Assembly (NCBI GenBank): GCA_045654385.1
Contig: JAZONG010000114.1
Coordinates: forward strand, 6,651-70,650
DNA from: Alistipes sp.
GTDB taxonomy: Bacteria > Bacteroidota > Bacteroidia > Bacteroidales > Rikenellaceae
Direction of reading: 5' to 3'
DNA length: 64,000 nt
Under the pieces are notes generated by a model that made no database searches, was not told the origin of the DNA, and worked only from the letters and a program-made list of their open reading frames with translations. The position numbers were made by a program, and so were the translations under genes. Below, in pieces: positions 60,508 to 64,000 of the stretch. Numbering within the stretch: the first letter of the stretch is position 1; each line of letters opens with the position of its first letter.

Positions 60508-61898
60508 TGAAAAAGTTGATTTTAATCGTGAGCGTTGCAGCGATGTTTGCAAGTTGCTCCATCTATAAAAAATATAGTCGTCCAGAGGAGATTTCGACTG
60601 CCAACCTCTATGGCAATATCGAAAAGGCCGACACCACCACTATGGCGGATATTTCGTGGCGAGAGTTCTTCACCGATAAGCACTTGCAGGGTTATATCGA
60701 GCAGGGCTTGAAGAACAATATCGATATGCAGATTGCCGCAGAGCGCATCTCGCAGGCAGAGTTGTCGCTCCAAACCGCAAAGTTGGCATTTATTCCGTCG
60801 TTCAACTTCTCGCCATCGTTCCGTGTCGAGTCGAGTGCCTTTGCCTACTCGTTGCCTGTAGCTGCAAGCTGGGAAATTGACATTATGGCCCGCAACATCA
60901 ACGCAAAGCGCCGTGCTGAGGTTTCGTTGGAGCAGGCTCGTCTATATCGTCGTAGTGTGCAGACAGCGTTAGTAGCCGCTATTGCGAACAACTACTACAC
61001 ACTGTTGATGCTCGATGCGCAGCTTCGCATCTCTCGCTCAACCTCGGCTTCGTGGAAGGAGAATGTCCGTATTATGAAGGCTATGAAGCAGGCGGGTATG
61101 ACCAACGCAGCATCTATCTCGCAGACCGAGGCTAATAGTTGCTCGATTGATGCATCGTTGCACGACTTGGAGTACAAGTTGGTGCAGGCTAAGAACTCAT
61201 TCGCTCTGCTTCTTGGTGTTACTCCGCAGGAGTTCCCTCGTGGAGAGTTGAATGGTGTGGATTTCAAGCAGGAGTTGTTCGTAGGTGTTCCTGCGCAGTT
61301 GCTCTCTCGTCGTCCCGATGTTCAGCAGGCGGAGCGCAGTTTGCAGATTGCATTCTACAACACCAACATCGCACACGCAGGCCTCTACCCTTCGCTTACT
61401 CTCACCGGAGAGGGTGGTTGGGAGAAGGCTTTGACCTCTCCTGCATCGTTCTTCTTCTCGTTCATCGGCAAATTGACACAGCCAATCTTCAACGCAGGTC
61501 GCAACCGTGCAAACTTCAAAATTGCCGAGTCGCAACAGCGTGAGGCGTTGTTGAGTTTCCACCACAAGTTATTGGAGGCAGGTAGCGAGGTAAATACCGC
61601 ACTTGCGCAGTGCCGTTCGGCTCGCAGCAAGACCAATCTTCGTATTCGTCAAATCCAGACCTTGGAGAGCGCCGTTTACAGCACTCGCCAGTTGATGAGC
61701 CACTCGGAGGCTACCTACTTGGAGGTCCTGACCGCCCAGCAGTCGCTCCTCTCGGCTCGTCTGTTGCAGGTATCGGATAGATTTGAAGGTATTCAGGGCG
61801 TAATCAACCTCTACCGTGCTTTGGGTGGCGGTGTTGATACAAGTGTCGAGCCTGCGGTTGAAAAGAACCCTATCTTCAAGTGCAAGAGAAAGAAGTAG
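60507..61898 (+). CDS. TolC/OprM family outer-membrane efflux lipoprotein
   Basis: Lipobox FASC; WEID, LLSRRPDV, YLEVLTAQ and LYRALGGG motifs. Confidence 0.95.
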   Translation: MKKLILIVSVAAMFASCSIYKKYSRPEEISTANLYGNIEKADTTTMADISWREFFTDKHLQGYIEQGLKNNIDMQIAAERISQAELSLQTAKLAFIPSFNFSPSFRVESSAFAYSLPVAASWEIDIMARNINAKRRAEVSLEQARLYRRSVQTALVAAIANNYYTLLMLDAQLRISRSTSASWKENVRIMKAMKQAGMTNAASISQTEANSCSIDASLHDLEYKLVQAKNSFALLLGVTPQEFPRGELNGVDFKQELFVGVPAQLLSRRPDVQQAERSLQIAFYNTNIAHAGLYPSLTLTGEGGWEKALTSPASFFFSFIGKLTQPIFNAGRNRANFKIAESQQREALLSFHHKLLEAGSEVNTALAQCRSARSKTNLRIRQIQTLESAVYSTRQLMSHSEATYLEVLTAQQSLLSARLLQVSDRFEGIQGVINLYRALGGGVDTSVEPAVEKNPIFKCKRKK

Positions 61899-61916
61899 CA
61901 GAGTCTATCTCATAAA

Positions 61917-61947
61917 ATAATATAGGCGACCGCTTGGTCGCCTATAT
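61917..61947. terminator. Bidirectional terminator
   Basis: aatataggcgacc-gctt-ggtcgcctatatt between convergent genes. Confidence 0.88.
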
Positions 61948-61966
61948 TTATATCTGCTATTCTGAA

Positions 61967-63382
61967 TTATATATACCTGTTTATCTTGCGCATCTGCCAT
62001 ACAAATAACGCTGTGGCCAAAACAATAGATGCGGTATCTGCAATAGGCATCGAAATCCACACTCCGTAGGCACCGAGTTGGCGAGGGAGAATCCACAAGA
62101 GCGGAATGAGGAAGAGGAGTTGTCGGGTGAGCGAAATAAATATCGCAAGCGGTGCTTTGCCGATATATTGGAAGAAACCTCCCACAACAATCTGGAAGCC
62201 TACGAGAGGGAACATAGTCAAGACAAGGCGCAAACCTTGCGATGCCACTCGAACAAGCAACTCCTCATCGCCACCCTTTGATGAATCGACAAATCCACGA
62301 GCAATCATATCGGGCATTGTTTCGCCCAAGAGGAAGCCGAGTGAAGCAATTACCACACCGCAACCGATAGTCATATAGACCGCTTTGCGCACACGAGCAA
62401 AGTTCTTAGCGCCATAGTTGTAGCCCACGATAGGCTGCATTCCCTGATTGAGTCCCTGCACCACCATAATAAAGAGCAGAGCCACACGATTGACAATTCC
62501 GTAAGCACCGACATACAAATCGGCAGCGCCCTGATCACGAGGTACAATATCGTGCACACCCATACCGCCATAGTGCAACATTGCCGAGTTTACAAATGCC
62601 GCCACGGTCGAGGCGCAGATATTCATAAGGAATGGCGCAAGGCCTATCGAGAGGATGTTTCCCACGATTTTCCAATCGAAGTGGAACGCCTCACGCTTGA
62701 AGCGAAGGAACGACTTCTTGGAGCAGAAGTGCGACAAGGCAATCAAAAATGCCACAAACTGCGAGATGACGGTTGCCGTTGCCGAGCCCTGAATACCCCA
62801 GCCAAACTTAAAGATAAAGAGCGGATTGAGCGCCAAGTTTATCGCCACCGAGGTGAGCATTATTGCCATCGACTTGCGAGGATTACCCGATGCACGAATC
62901 ATATCGTTCATACCGAGGTAGAGGTGCATCGTAACATTTCCCAAGAGGATAATGCGCATAAAATCACGAGCATACTGCAAAGTCTCGGCCGAAGCACGAC
63001 CACCACTGAACAACAACAGAATATCATCCAAGAAGAGCAACATCAACGCCATTATCGCAAAACCGATAATGATGTTGAGGATTACGGCATTGCACAAGGT
63101 CTTCTCGGCAGCCGCCTTGTTACCCTCGCCCAAGCGCAACGAGATGCGTGCGCCTGCACCCACACCAACCATCGCACCAAAGGCTGCGCCGATATTCATA
63201 ATCGGCATTGTGATTGCCATACCTGCAATGGCAGCGCCACCTACACCGTGTCCCACAAAGGCGCTATCGATAAGGTGATACAACGATGACGACGCCATAG
63301 CGATAATCGCTGGCGTAGCATAGTTGAACAGCAACTTGCCGATATTGTCCGTTCCGAGTGATAGTGTTGCCGGTTTGCTCAT
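61967..63382 (-). CDS. MATE family efflux transporter (MepA-like)
   Basis: D.AFVG, GWGIQGSA.AT, GMQPIVGYNYGA and RQ..FLIP motifs; about 12 TM segments. Confidence 0.93.
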   Translation of the reverse strand: MSKPATLSLGTDNIGKLLFNYATPAIIAMASSSLYHLIDSAFVGHGVGGAAIAGMAITMPIMNIGAAFGAMVGVGAGARISLRLGEGNKAAAEKTLCNAVILNIIIGFAIMALMLLFLDDILLLFSGGRASAETLQYARDFMRIILLGNVTMHLYLGMNDMIRASGNPRKSMAIMLTSVAINLALNPLFIFKFGWGIQGSATATVISQFVAFLIALSHFCSKKSFLRFKREAFHFDWKIVGNILSIGLAPFLMNICASTVAAFVNSAMLHYGGMGVHDIVPRDQGAADLYVGAYGIVNRVALLFIMVVQGLNQGMQPIVGYNYGAKNFARVRKAVYMTIGCGVVIASLGFLLGETMPDMIARGFVDSSKGGDEELLVRVASQGLRLVLTMFPLVGFQIVVGGFFQYIGKAPLAIFISLTRQLLFLIPLLWILPRQLGAYGVWISMPIADTASIVLATALFVWQMRKINRYI

Positions 63383-63460
63383 AGCGAGTGCAAAGATACA
63401 AATTCTATCGCTTTCTCATCGTCTATTTCGTAACTTTTTTACCTATATATAGATATAGCA

Positions 63461-63489
63461 AGGAGTCGCACCATCTCGGCACGACTCCT
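63461..63489 (-). terminator. Possible terminator hairpin downstream of the PFOR gene
   Basis: aggagtcg-loop-cgactcct. Confidence 0.5.
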
Positions 63490-63520
63490 CGGCTATTCAC
63501 TTTTTTATCGTTACACCCCG

Positions 63521-63553
63521 AAAATCGAAGATGATTTACTAATTAGAACGATT
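63521..63553. repeat. Short, internally empty copy of the adjacent palindromic element
   Basis: aaaatcgaagatgatt-tact-aattagaacgatt has the same two ends as 63565-63688. Confidence 0.7.
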
Positions 63554-63564
63554 CTATCCTCCAA

Positions 63565-63688
63565 AAAATCGGAGATGATTAGGCTATTTTTGTGCAAGGC
63601 AAGGTGGCAAGAGCGCAGCATAGTAAACCTATGTGAGCATCTTGTTATCCGCCGACTTGTGCAAAAAGAGTCAATTAGAACGATTTTT
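63565..63688. repeat. ERIC/MITE-like long imperfect palindrome (about 124 bp), copy 3
   Basis: aaaatcg...tttttgtgcaag...gcaaga-GCGCAG-catag-taaac-ctatg-TGAGC-atcttgt...cttgtgcaaaaa...cgatttt. Confidence 0.75.
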
Positions 63689-64000
63689 CTAGAATTCTAA
63701 TTTAGCACGACGCACATAACTTGCATAACGCCACTTAGCATTCTCCTCCGCTGCTGCATACAACTCCTCTGCCTCCTGCGGGAAGGTCTTTTGGAGTGAG
63801 GTATAGCGTACCTCCTTCAAGAGGAAATCTCGGAATTTGCTCCAATCCGGCTCCTTCGAGTCGAGCACGAATGGATTCTTGCCCTCCTCTTCGAGAAGTG
63901 GATTGTAGTGCCAGAGGTGCCAGTAACCGCACTCTACGGCCTGCTTGCCGATAGTCTGTGTGCGAGTCATACCTCCCTTGATACCGTGGTTGATACAAGG
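63689..64000 (-). CDS. nifJ: Pyruvate:ferredoxin (flavodoxin) oxidoreductase, C-terminal fragment (runs off the window)
   Basis: Open frame from the window edge: PCINHGIKGGM...AVECGYW.L.HYNP...GKNPF.LDSK.P...EVRY.SL. Confidence 0.93.
   Translation of the reverse strand, partial: PCINHGIKGGMTRTQTIGKQAVECGYWHLWHYNPLLEEEGKNPFVLDSKEPDWSKFRDFLLKEVRYTSLQKTFPQEAEELYAAAEENAKWRYASYVRRAKLEF

Noticed and set aside
1-64000. CRISPR arrays, tRNA/rRNA genes, IS elements, prophage or defence islands
   Set aside because: No spaced direct repeats, cloverleaf sequences, transposase, integrase or phage structural genes were recognised by eye.

Overview
The window is core chromosome of a Bacteroidota bacterium, most likely Rikenellaceae (Alistipes-like). 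This is inferred from the many TAnnTTTG -7 promoter elements, a SusC/SusD pair and the gene complement. It is densely packed with housekeeping genes: prfB, fba, folB, tyrS, dnaX, clpB, dapD, birA, gcvH, proS, purC, ssb, punA, lpxK, ispD, malQ, holA, tilS, murB, pdxB, pyrD, cinA and the 3' end of a pyruvate:ferredoxin oxidoreductase. It also holds an RND efflux operon and a MATE transporter. I saw no rRNA, tRNA, CRISPR array, transposase or prophage. The most notable points are: (1) a CAZyme-free SusC/SusD locus with an intact S8 lipoprotease; (2) two recoding sites, the classic prfB +1 frameshift and an A10 run in dnaX with stops in both shifted frames; (3) a dispersed ERIC-like hairpin family with a fixed GCGCAG/TGAGC frame and a covarying inner stem, including an apparently empty copy; (4) several intact ORFs whose catalytic motifs are degenerate (metallophosphoesterase, PyrD, class IV aminotransferase); and (5) sigma-54-type promoters, leaderless-looking genes and 7-nt-period repeat arrays. 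Product calls come from motif recognition by eye; no database search was run.
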